From the NCBI GenBank assembly GCA_016936615.1, contig JAFGXN010000040.1, forward strand, positions 1 through 21,244: DNA of 21,244 bases, given 5' to 3'. The translations under genes and the position numbers were made by a program. This DNA is from Spirochaetales bacterium (GTDB lineage: Bacteria; Spirochaetota; Spirochaetia; JAFGXN01). Positions 7,808-15,778 of the stretch are shown here, in pieces (within the stretch, counting starts at the first letter, position 1; every line of letters starts with the position of its first letter). The notes below the pieces were generated by a model. The model had not been told where the DNA came from. It searched no databases and saw only the letters and a program-made list of their open reading frames with translations.

Positions 7808-9589
7808 ATGAAAAAAAAGAGAGTAATGGTTTTTATATTTTTAATACTTTTGATTTTCAGTTGTCCTCCTGATCCTGAATTACCTCCAGATCAATCAGAG
7901 CCGCAGGGAAAGGGTGCTACATTGCCATGGACTACCTATGAAGCTGAAAGAGGAAGTTATAGTGGCTCGCTTTTAACTTGGAGTGTTGCTAAAAATGATG
8001 GGGTTGGAGATCCAGCAGGTGAGGCTTCTGGTCGTAGTGCAGTTAGATTAGCTTCTACAGGAGACTATGTTGAGTGGGCTATGGTTAAAGCTTGTAATGC
8101 TCTAGTTGTTCGTTACTCTATTCCCGATGCACCTGGAGGCTATGGTCAGAATTGCTCTTTAAGTATCTACAAGAATGGAGAAAAAATGAATACAATTGAA
8201 TTAACTTCTCGCTATAGCTGGCTTTATGGAAACGAAGCACATCCTTCAGAAGACCCATCTGCTGGAGTCCCTCGTCATATTTATGATGAGAGTCAAAAAG
8301 TGTTGAGTTTCACCTATGAAGTGGGAGATATTTTAAGATTGCAGAAAGATTCGTCTGATAACGCAGCATATTATGATATTGACTTCATTGAAATGGAGAT
8401 TGTTGAACCAATTGCCCAGCCAAGTGGTTCAACTTCTGTAGTTGACTACGGAGCTGATCCTACAGGTGTAAATGATTCAACAGATGCGATAAAAGCTGCG
8501 ATTTCTGCTAGTGGCGGCATTGTCTGGTTTCCTCCAGGTGTCTATCGACAATATGCTAAGATTAGCGTTCAAGGAATAACCTTGCAAGGAGCTGGCTATT
8601 GGTTTACAACTATTTGGGGCGCAGATTCCTGGAATGATAATAGCGAAAAAACAGGGTTTTTGATTACTGGTGGAAATACTACTATTAGAGATATGATGAT
8701 TCGAGGCGAGAGCCATATTCGAGATACAGGTAACTCCGGCATCGTAATAGCTACTGGAAATTACAATAGAATAATCAATGTCTGGGTAGAACATACTAAT
8801 ACAGGTATCTGGTCAGGTTGGGATAACACACCTACAGCGGATAATCTTCTAATTGAGGGATGTCGAGTTAGAAATACCAGCGCAGATGGAATAGATCTTC
8901 TGTTTGCCTCTCAAAACTGTCTAATAAATCAAACAACAACACGTTGCACAGGAGATGATGGTATTGTAATCTGGAGTAGAAAAACCGGATCATCAGGACC
9001 TGCAAAAAATAATACAATATCCAATTGCACTATTCAGCTTAATTGGCGTGCTAATGGAATGACTCTTTGCGGAGGCGAAAACACAACGGTAAAAAATATA
9101 TTAATCAAGGATACATTAACACATCCTGGTCTCTACATTACTACTTCTTTTTGGCCCTATCCATTTGGCGGGACTACTAATATTTCAGATGTAGATCTAA
9201 TTCGATGTGGTGGAGCATTTTGGAGTGGAGAGGAATTTGGTGCATTGAGGTTTTGTGCTGAAAATTCAGATATTACCGCGCCAATTAATCTTTCCAATAT
9301 CAGTATTATCAATCCAGTCTATAGCGGAATAATGTTTTCCAGTCGGCGGCAGACGAATGAAGATTTTTCTCTATATTTGCCAGAGACCTGGCATTCTTTT
9401 CCTAGTGGGTATATTTCTTTATCAAATGTTACAGTTTCAAATGCAAGTACTTATGGAATTTCCGTCGATGAATATGGATACGGAGGAGCTAATTTTACAA
9501 ATGTTACAATATCTGCGACTATAGCAAAGGTAAAAAATGACTCGGAGCCTGATTTCGTCTTAAATAGAATCAGTGGTAATGATTGGTAA
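7808..9589 (+). CDS. Secreted lipoprotein with N-terminal carbohydrate-binding-like domain and right-handed parallel beta-helix (Pectate_lyase_3/PbH1) glycoside hydrolase/lyase-like domain
   Basis: Signal peptide plus lipobox LIFSC. VVDYGADPTGVNDSTDAIKAAISASGGIVWFPPGVY is the typical N-terminus of the pectate-lyase-superfamily beta-helix. Repeated PbH1-like turns (GIVIATGNYNRII.., NTSADGIDLLF.., GDDGIVIWS..). Confidence 0.8.
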   Translation: MKKKRVMVFIFLILLIFSCPPDPELPPDQSEPQGKGATLPWTTYEAERGSYSGSLLTWSVAKNDGVGDPAGEASGRSAVRLASTGDYVEWAMVKACNALVVRYSIPDAPGGYGQNCSLSIYKNGEKMNTIELTSRYSWLYGNEAHPSEDPSAGVPRHIYDESQKVLSFTYEVGDILRLQKDSSDNAAYYDIDFIEMEIVEPIAQPSGSTSVVDYGADPTGVNDSTDAIKAAISASGGIVWFPPGVYRQYAKISVQGITLQGAGYWFTTIWGADSWNDNSEKTGFLITGGNTTIRDMMIRGESHIRDTGNSGIVIATGNYNRIINVWVEHTNTGIWSGWDNTPTADNLLIEGCRVRNTSADGIDLLFASQNCLINQTTTRCTGDDGIVIWSRKTGSSGPAKNNTISNCTIQLNWRANGMTLCGGENTTVKNILIKDTLTHPGLYITTSFWPYPFGGTTNISDVDLIRCGGAFWSGEEFGALRFCAENSDITAPINLSNISIINPVYSGIMFSSRRQTNEDFSLYLPETWHSFPSGYISLSNVTVSNASTYGISVDEYGYGGANFTNVTISATIAKVKNDSEPDFVLNRISGNDW

Positions 9590-9603
9590 GTTATTTATAC
9601 ATA

Positions 9604-9631
9604 AAAAAAGCGGATCATTGATCCGTTTTTT
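9604..9631. terminator. Bidirectional rho-independent terminator between convergent genes
   Basis: AAAAAAAG-CGGATC-att-GATCCG-TTTTTT: a perfect 6-bp GC-containing stem flanked by an A-run and a T-run. Lies between the + gene ending at 9589 and the minus gene ending at 9678. Confidence 0.7.
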
Positions 9632-9677
9632 AAATGCCTGGTAGGCTTGAGAAATTTTCTAAAAGATGTTCTGCTTT

Positions 9678-9989
9678 TTAGAAGTATGAGCAGCAGTAGT
9701 CTGTAACTTTTCGTATTTTAAGTTTGAAGCTGGAATTTGCTGGTACGTCGAAAGATTCACCAGGCGCGATTGTCTTCCATTCTGTGTCTCCTGGAAGTAG
9801 GATGTCTAGATCTCCGGCAAGAATCTCCATTAGTTCTGCACAGCTTGTCCCGAATTCATAATCTCCAGGCATCATTATTCCTAGAGTTTTCTTAGATCCA
9901 TCAGCAAACAGGACTGTTCTGCTTGTTACCTTCCCATCGTAATAAATATTGGCTTTGCATGTAATTGTTACATTTGTGAAGTTTTCCAT
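9678..9989 (-). CDS. ppnP: Pyrimidine/purine nucleoside phosphorylase PpnP (YaiE/DUF1255 cupin)
   Basis: 103 aa; collinear similarity to E. coli YaiE: YYDGKVTS vs [38 protein letters not shown] vs [30 protein letters not shown], and C-terminal YCCSYF vs YLCRYL. Confidence 0.85.
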   Translation of the reverse strand: MENFTNVTITCKANIYYDGKVTSRTVLFADGSKKTLGIMMPGDYEFGTSCAELMEILAGDLDILLPGDTEWKTIAPGESFDVPANSSFKLKIRKVTDYCCSYF

Positions 9990-10121
9990 AAAAATTCCCC
10001 TCTTTTATTGTTCAGATTATATCTGGAAATAACTCCTTGGACAATCTGTTTTGAACTTTTTTATATTTTCTGTGATGAAAATCTTCTATGCTGAATCATG
10101 AAGTTGTTTTATACTTGAAAA

Positions 10122-11048
10122 ATGGAGACTCTGGGGTTCTTTTTTAATTTAATAACCTTCTCGACTATTTTTGCTGCATTTATTGTAGCGTTGAATATCA
10201 AGCTGCGGACTAAGGATAGGCTGGTCTCTCTCTATTTTTATCTGCTGGTAATGTTCTGTTATCACACATTTTATCCGCTGGTGATTGCCTATGTCGGGAG
10301 TCAGCGGGTTTTCGGGATTGTCTGGTTGGATTATATAATCGGTGTTGTGATGCTTGTCTCGACATATGGGCTTTTCTTCATTGTCTATCTGTTGGTGCTT
10401 TATCTTAGCGGGATCAAGGAGAAGAGGCTCTTTTCTTCTATTATCTTCGGACTAAGCCTTGTTCCTTTCTCGGTGGATATGTTCGGGTTTACTTGCCGAA
10501 TCTTCCAACTGGATTGTGAATTCCCTTGGCTGAAAATTGTTATTTCGGTTGGATTCTGGTTGTTTTTCCTGATTCCTCCAATATTTCTGGTCATTGTCTA
10601 CAGGCGAATCCCTCCGGGGCATTTGAAGCGGACTACACGAGATCTGGCGATTGTTATGTTCTGTCTTCTTCTGGTAAAAATTGTCGGGCAACTTGTCGGT
10701 TTGGGTTCGAATCAGGTTGTAGAGACTCTTCTGAGAAATCTTCGACTTGATAATTTCATTTACATTGCTTTGAGTTTTATTATTACTCAGTACATGGTGA
10801 GATATTATTTTCATAAGTATGATCAGCTTATCGACAATAAGATGCTTGATGCATTTTGCTTGCAACAGCATATCTCTGAACGTGAGCGGGAGATTCTTTT
10901 CCTTGTGGCAGAGGGTTTGTCCAATAAGGAGATAGCCTTTGAGCTGAAAATAACAGAAAGCACAGTGAAGAAGCATCTTCAGAACATAATGAAAAAATCT
11001 TCAACGACATCAAGGCTTCAGCTCATCTCTGAAGTGAGAAAATTTTAA
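10122..11048 (+). CDS. Polytopic membrane protein (about 7-8 TM) with C-terminal LuxR-type HTH DNA-binding domain
   Basis: N-terminal 230 aa consist of consecutive hydrophobic helices. C-terminus EREILFLVAEGLSNKEIAFELKITESTVKKHLQNIMKK is a canonical LuxR/GerE HTH. No receiver or autoinducer domain. No obvious SD before the ATG. Confidence 0.75.
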   Translation: METLGFFFNLITFSTIFAAFIVALNIKLRTKDRLVSLYFYLLVMFCYHTFYPLVIAYVGSQRVFGIVWLDYIIGVVMLVSTYGLFFIVYLLVLYLSGIKEKRLFSSIIFGLSLVPFSVDMFGFTCRIFQLDCEFPWLKIVISVGFWLFFLIPPIFLVIVYRRIPPGHLKRTTRDLAIVMFCLLLVKIVGQLVGLGSNQVVETLLRNLRLDNFIYIALSFIITQYMVRYYFHKYDQLIDNKMLDAFCLQQHISEREREILFLVAEGLSNKEIAFELKITESTVKKHLQNIMKKSSTTSRLQLISEVRKF

Positions 11049-11127
11049 CCATAAACCCCCACTACTACTAAAGTATAATTGCGAATTTTCATTGTTAATC
11101 GTAAATTTTATCTGTATGGAGGTGCTT

Positions 11128-12081
11128 ATGAAAAAGTTATTAAGCTTGTTTGTGAGTCTAGTTCTTGTCTATGGATGTTCTCTTCCTGTTGCTTTGCATG
11201 AGATTACAGGCACTGAGACAACAAAGACATATCAGCAGAGTGAAATTGAGAGTGTGTATGGGGTTGCAGATAATATCGTAGTATATATCCATCTACCTGA
11301 GGGCTACTCTGATTCTGGAACACCGTATCCGGCAGCTTTTATTCTTGATGGGGATAGTTTGTATAAGCGCGGGGCTGCCTACAACTCAGAACTTACGGAA
11401 GATTATGGAAAAAGTGGGATCGTTTTCGGTGTCGGGTACGGATTTAGCGATGCATATGCAAATCCGACGGGAAATTCTGGTCGTTGGAGAGATTTCACTT
11501 TTCCTGAGAGTCTGGACTTTTTTACAGGAGAGGCTGTTGGAGAGGAGAAGACTAATCCTGACGGATATTACAAATTTTTAAAAGAAAAACTAATTCCTGA
11601 TATGGTTGCTGCCTATAATATTGATGCTGATAAGATTGGCTTGATTGGTCATTCAAATGGCGGTGACTTTGCCTTCTACGCATTTACCCAGCACAATCCA
11701 GCAAGTCTTGCAGATACCGGGTTTGCTAATCCGTTCAACTACTACATAGTTGTAGATGGTGGTCAGGAAAATTATCTTCAGGATGTCTATGAGAAGGCTC
11801 AGAAGGAGTTGATGGCGACAAAGGGCAATGCGTTTGAGAAAGCAACGCACCTGTATTTGATACATGGTTACTTGACTAGCCCTTCGGCTGTTCTGTTGCT
11901 TGAGTCAATTGCACAGAAGTACATCGGTTACAATTATACAAATCTTACAGTTAACAGGTTCTTCCCGTTGAGAGATGACCATGGAGATGCTGCATACACA
12001 GGAATCCGCAATGGCTTGATGCTTCTGCTTGGAATTGATGATTATGCAAAATATGCAGATGAGGGAGGGGTTCAGTTATGA
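11128..12081 (+). CDS. Lipoprotein alpha/beta-hydrolase, putative esterase family (Fes/IroE/esterase D-like)
   Basis: Start chosen at MKKLLSLFVSLVLVYGCS (lipobox VYGC) with GGAGGTG RBS 5 nt upstream; the ORF-track start 11092 lacks an RBS. Nucleophile elbow GHSNGG; conserved ILDGDS. Confidence 0.8.
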   Translation: MKKLLSLFVSLVLVYGCSLPVALHEITGTETTKTYQQSEIESVYGVADNIVVYIHLPEGYSDSGTPYPAAFILDGDSLYKRGAAYNSELTEDYGKSGIVFGVGYGFSDAYANPTGNSGRWRDFTFPESLDFFTGEAVGEEKTNPDGYYKFLKEKLIPDMVAAYNIDADKIGLIGHSNGGDFAFYAFTQHNPASLADTGFANPFNYYIVVDGGQENYLQDVYEKAQKELMATKGNAFEKATHLYLIHGYLTSPSAVLLLESIAQKYIGYNYTNLTVNRFFPLRDDHGDAAYTGIRNGLMLLLGIDDYAKYADEGGVQL

Positions 12082-12716
12082 AAAAGATTATTTTTGCGAT
12101 AATGTTAATGGCTTCTGTTTCTGTTTTTGCCGAGAATCAGATACCTGAGTTTTTACATTTGAAGACAGATTTGGCCTTCAACCTTGGTAATACAAGCTGG
12201 CCTGCACCGGGGCTTGGGTTTTCTACGCATACAAGGCTTGGCTTCGATATATGGAGTAACAATGTCGCTAGCGGGTCTCTTGAGACAGGATTTGTCTTTG
12301 CATTTCAGGGCGATCCTCTCTTAAGTTTATCTACTTTTGGCGCGGGGGTAAGTGGTGATTCTGGTGAGATCGAGTTTTCAAATTTGAATCTGATAAACAC
12401 CTTGCAGTGGTCGTTCGGTCATACTTTTTACTTTCTAGAAAAAAGGAATTTGTTTCTATCTCTCTACTCTTTTCTCGGTTACTCGTGGAGGATAAATAGC
12501 ATTACAGATATTACAAATAACTCAAGTCTTGAACTGGCTGCGGATGAATTGACTCGTACAGTGGGGGCATTTACCTCTTCGTTCTCTGTTCAGTTGGGGT
12601 ATAATTTTCATGAGAATGTCGGAGTCTTTGCCTATGGAAATTATATTGTGCCGGTGGAGCCAGGTGTGCATGGCAATTACAGTCTTGGATTTGGATTGAG
12701 TTTTACTGCTTTTTAA
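12078..12716 (+). CDS. Small outer-membrane beta-barrel protein (signal peptide, C-terminal aromatic residue)
   Basis: Signal peptide MKKIIFAIMLMASVSVFA. Alternating hydrophobic beta-strand patterns. Ends ...GLSFTAF (terminal Phe, the OMP signature). ATGA overlap with the upstream esterase gene gives translational coupling. RBS GGAGGGG. Confidence 0.7.
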   Translation: MKKIIFAIMLMASVSVFAENQIPEFLHLKTDLAFNLGNTSWPAPGLGFSTHTRLGFDIWSNNVASGSLETGFVFAFQGDPLLSLSTFGAGVSGDSGEIEFSNLNLINTLQWSFGHTFYFLEKRNLFLSLYSFLGYSWRINSITDITNNSSLELAADELTRTVGAFTSSFSVQLGYNFHENVGVFAYGNYIVPVEPGVHGNYSLGFGLSFTAF

Positions 12717-12742
12717 ATGCGAGAATATTGTTTTTTTTGGAA

Positions 12743-12773
12743 TAGACTCTGCCTGTCAGGGTCTATTTTTTTT
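12743..12773 (+). terminator. Rho-independent terminator
   Basis: TAGACTCTG-cctgt-CAGGGTCTA: a 9-bp stem with one G-U pair, followed by T8. A T8 run also lies upstream (12730-12737). Confidence 0.7.
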
Positions 12774-12856
12774 AAAGTTTGTATGCGAAAAAGCAAGTAA
12801 TCATGTTCAAAATTTTTCTTTTCGTGGTAAAATTAAAAAAAAGAGCGGAGAGGTTT

Positions 12857-15265
12857 ATGAAAAGAGTAGGAAGTGTTTTTTTGTTTTTGGTGTTAACGTT
12901 AACTGTGAATGCTCTGGATTTCCCTTTGAGTGGGATATATCCAGATTTGTGTACTTATTCTCAGTACAATGATGATGGATCGTTTGATGCGCCGCGGCAT
13001 GAGGAGTGCGGAATCGGTGCTGTTGTGCCATGGGCTGGCAAGTTGTGGATGATTAACTATGGCCCTCATTTGCCTGAAGGTAGTAACCATAAACTTTTTT
13101 CTATTGATAAAGATATGAAGATGTCGGTTCATCCTGAAAGCGTCGGGGGAACTCCTGCCTGCCGTATGATTCATCGTGAGTCAAATCAGCTTATAATCGG
13201 GCCATATTTTATTGATGCAGATGGAAAGGTTAGGGTTATTTCGCCAGCGGTTATGCCTGGAAGATTGACAGCTGTGGCTCGTCATTTGTATAGGCCTGAG
13301 ACGATGGTCTACTTCTATGATATGGAAGGAATGATCTACGAGGTAGATGTATATACTCTTGCTGTCAAGCGATTGTACAAAAATCCGCTACCAGGCTGGC
13401 ATGGGAAAGGTGCATATACTGGAGATGGTGTTGTATATTTTGCCAATAATGGTGAGGATGTTGGAAGCAATGAGCAGAAAATCCACTGGAAAGTGCCTCT
13501 TCACAAATATAACAGAGATGGAGGAGCAGGTATTCTTGCTTCTTGGGATGGGAAAAAGTTTAATGTGATTGAGAGGTCTCAATTTACTGATATAACAGGA
13601 CCGGGAGGAATCTATGGTGGTTCTGCAGGAGATCCAGTGTGGGCGATTGGTTGGAATGCAAAGAGCCTTAGATTGAAAATTTTTGAAGATGGTAAGGCTT
13701 ATACTCTTCTTCTGCCAAAGGCGGCATTTAATAATGATCCAAGTCATGGCTGGTTCACAGAGTGGCCCCGTATCAGAAAAATAAATGATTCTTTGACCTT
13801 GATGGATATGCACGGGATGTTCTTTGACTTTCCGGCCAGTATGTCTGGAAAAAATTTCGCTGGTCTTCGCCCAATTGGTTCCCACCTGCGCTACATCCCC
13901 GACTTCTGTGAATGGAACGGTCAGCTAGTTCTAGCGACAGATGAGACTTCTATCCAGGGCAATCCGCTTGCGGGACAGCCACAGTCTAATCTCTGGTTTG
14001 GCCAGGTCTCTGACTTGAAAAAGTGGGGACCAGTCTCTGGCTTTGGCGGAATTTTTGCCGGCGATACTGTGAAAGGCGGTTACATCTCTTATCCTTTCCT
14101 TGTCGGCGGGTTCGATTACAAGCAGTTGCATTTTTATTATTATGGAGGAGAAACAGCTAGCGTAATAATTGAAAAAGCTGATTTCAAGGAGGGTTCTGTC
14201 GAGTGGTCTCAGCTGAGATCTGTTGAGTTGAGTAATGGATACAGTACTCAGATGCTTGGAGATGATGTGGAGTGGGTAAGATTAAAAGTTGTAACCGATG
14301 CGAAGCTGGATGCATGGTTTCATCTGACAGAGAATCTTTCAAAGAGGGAGTATAATCCAGCACTTTTTGAGAGTCTAATTGATGGCAGCTCTTCTGATTT
14401 CTGGGAAAAAGGTAGCTTCTCTGTGACCTTTCCAGATTTTGCAAGTCGTGATCTTCTGGTTGCAGAGATAAATCGGGATAAGTTTGAGAGTTTTTCACGA
14501 GTGAAAAAGTCTGATTACTCGCTTGTTGATGATATTTCGCGGAAAGCACTTTTTTCAGAGAAAAAAGATTATCTGGATCTTCAGATTGATACCTCTTCGA
14601 TTGTGATTGAAAGTTATGGAAAAAGACTTCGTCTCCCAAAAAGCAGAGTTATTCCTGATTCTATTGTGGCTTCGAATTTATTCAGAAAGGTACGAGAGGT
14701 TGAGTCTGAGAGAATTCTTGCGAATTTGTCTGGGATTTTCTATGAGGTTCCGCTGCGGAAAGTTGGTGAGCCGGAAGATTTCTATAAAATGAGACCAGTT
14801 GCTGCACATGATAAGATTATCAGCGATTTCTCAACATGGAGCGGATTTCTTGTTCTTTCGGGAGTTGATATTAAGAAGGCAAAGGCGCGTGCTGATAAGC
14901 ATGTTCTTTTTAATGAAAAAAATGATTCTGCTCTGTGGTTCGGGGCTATTGATGATTTGTGGCAGCTTGGAAAGCCTGTGGCAGTCGGCGGTCCGTGGGA
15001 TAATTCTCTGGTGAAGAAGGGCGAATTTTCTGATCCGTATATTATGACAGGCTTTGACAAGAAGATTCTCAGGATAAAATCTTCAGAGCCTGTGAAAGTT
15101 CAGTTGTATATTGATTATGATTTGTCCGGGAAGTTCAGGCTTTATGAAGAATTGGATGTTCCGGGTTCAGCGGAATTTGCATTTCCAGAAGGATTCAGCG
15201 CCCATTGGATAAAACTGAAGGTTTCTGATGATGTGCAGATATCTGCCGAGTTTGAATATCGATAA
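12857..15265 (+). CDS. Large secreted protein of unknown function (about 802 aa after start correction)
   Basis: Start chosen at MKRVGSVFLFLVLTLTVNA (SPase I-type signal) with GGAGAGG RBS. The ORF-track start 12779 would sit inside the preceding terminator. No catalytic or binding motif recognised by eye. Confidence 0.8.
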   Translation: MKRVGSVFLFLVLTLTVNALDFPLSGIYPDLCTYSQYNDDGSFDAPRHEECGIGAVVPWAGKLWMINYGPHLPEGSNHKLFSIDKDMKMSVHPESVGGTPACRMIHRESNQLIIGPYFIDADGKVRVISPAVMPGRLTAVARHLYRPETMVYFYDMEGMIYEVDVYTLAVKRLYKNPLPGWHGKGAYTGDGVVYFANNGEDVGSNEQKIHWKVPLHKYNRDGGAGILASWDGKKFNVIERSQFTDITGPGGIYGGSAGDPVWAIGWNAKSLRLKIFEDGKAYTLLLPKAAFNNDPSHGWFTEWPRIRKINDSLTLMDMHGMFFDFPASMSGKNFAGLRPIGSHLRYIPDFCEWNGQLVLATDETSIQGNPLAGQPQSNLWFGQVSDLKKWGPVSGFGGIFAGDTVKGGYISYPFLVGGFDYKQLHFYYYGGETASVIIEKADFKEGSVEWSQLRSVELSNGYSTQMLGDDVEWVRLKVVTDAKLDAWFHLTENLSKREYNPALFESLIDGSSSDFWEKGSFSVTFPDFASRDLLVAEINRDKFESFSRVKKSDYSLVDDISRKALFSEKKDYLDLQIDTSSIVIESYGKRLRLPKSRVIPDSIVASNLFRKVREVESERILANLSGIFYEVPLRKVGEPEDFYKMRPVAAHDKIISDFSTWSGFLVLSGVDIKKAKARADKHVLFNEKNDSALWFGAIDDLWQLGKPVAVGGPWDNSLVKKGEFSDPYIMTGFDKKILRIKSSEPVKVQLYIDYDLSGKFRLYEELDVPGSAEFAFPEGFSAHWIKLKVSDDVQISAEFEYR

Positions 15266-15299
15266 AAAAGGGGGGGGGGTGCTTCCCCCTTTTTTTTTG
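15266..15299 (+). terminator. Rho-independent terminator containing a G10 homopolymer
   Basis: AAAAAG-GGGGGGGGGG-tgctt-CCCCC-TTTTTTTTT immediately after the stop codon at 15265. G run at 15270-15279. Confidence 0.65.
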
Positions 15300-15325
15300 T
15301 AATATTGCTATATTTTTTCTATAAT
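15297..15325 (+). promoter_or_regulatory. Putative sigma70 promoter (TTGTAA-17nt-TATAAT) for the Cys-rich mini-protein
   Basis: TTGTAA at 15297-15302 and perfect TATAAT at 15320-15325 with a 17-nt spacer, 14-26 nt before the candidate start codons. Confidence 0.45.
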
Positions 15326-15338
15326 TAAGAGAGATATT

Positions 15339-15575
15339 ATGGAGGAAGTTATGGCAGATTGTGAATGTATAAATGGGTGTCCTTTTTTTAATGATAGGAT
15401 GGATAAGATGCCTGCGATGGCAAGTGTCTATAAGAAAAATTATTGTCAGTCTGATTTCAATAGTTGCGCAAGATATTCTATTTTTAAGGCTCTTGGCAAA
15501 GAATTTGTTCCTGTGGATCTCTTCCCAAATGAAAAAGAGATGGCAGAAATGATAATTAAGAAGGCAAAATCTTAG
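15339..15575 (+). CDS. Cysteine-rich small protein (74-78 aa), unknown function
   Basis: ORF with 5 Cys in the N-terminal half (C-x-C-x3-C ... C-x6-C). The alternative start ATG 15351 has a better RBS (GGAGGAAGTT-ATG). Flanked by strong terminators. Confidence 0.6.
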   Translation: MEEVMADCECINGCPFFNDRMDKMPAMASVYKKNYCQSDFNSCARYSIFKALGKEFVPVDLFPNEKEMAEMIIKKAKS

Positions 15576-15746
15576 TTCAACAATACGATTTGTGTAAAAA
15601 TTATAAATTTTGACATATTAAAGATAATTGAAGGGAAAAAAGTAAAACGATTAATATAAGGTTAAACGTTTATTAATGTAGTGTTAATTTTCTTCTTTTT
15701 TCTTAATATAAATTTGAGTATTACATTTTCTCATGATAATAGTGAA

Positions 15747-15776
15747 AGACTGCATATATTGCAGTCTTTTAATTTT
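15747..15776 (+). terminator. Perfect palindromic hairpin AGACTGCA-tatat-TGCAGTCT plus T-rich tail (terminator or attenuator; second copy of the 6767 element)
   Basis: 8-bp perfect inverted repeat at 15747-15754 and 15760-15767, followed by TTTTAATTTT and then AGGTGAGAGGT. Confidence 0.55.
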
Positions 15777-15778
15777 AG

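Noticed and set aside
10400-11013. Antisense and alternate-frame ORFs (64-174 aa) within the membrane-LuxR gene
   Set aside because: The sense frame gives coherent TM helices plus a canonical LuxR HTH. The antisense translations are low-complexity.
11092-11127. Upstream extension of the esterase ORF
   Set aside because: No RBS. The downstream ATG at 11128 is preceded by GGAGGTG and starts a classical lipoprotein signal peptide.
12779-12856. Upstream extension of the large secreted-protein ORF (ORF-track start 12779)
   Set aside because: That start lies within the preceding terminator hairpin and lacks an RBS. The Met at 12857 has a GGAGAGG RBS and begins a typical signal peptide.
12899-14639. 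Multiple minus-strand ORFs (66-165 aa) inside the 800-aa secreted protein gene
   Set aside because: Embedded antisense ORFs without RBS or features. The sense ORF is long, uninterrupted and starts with a signal peptide.
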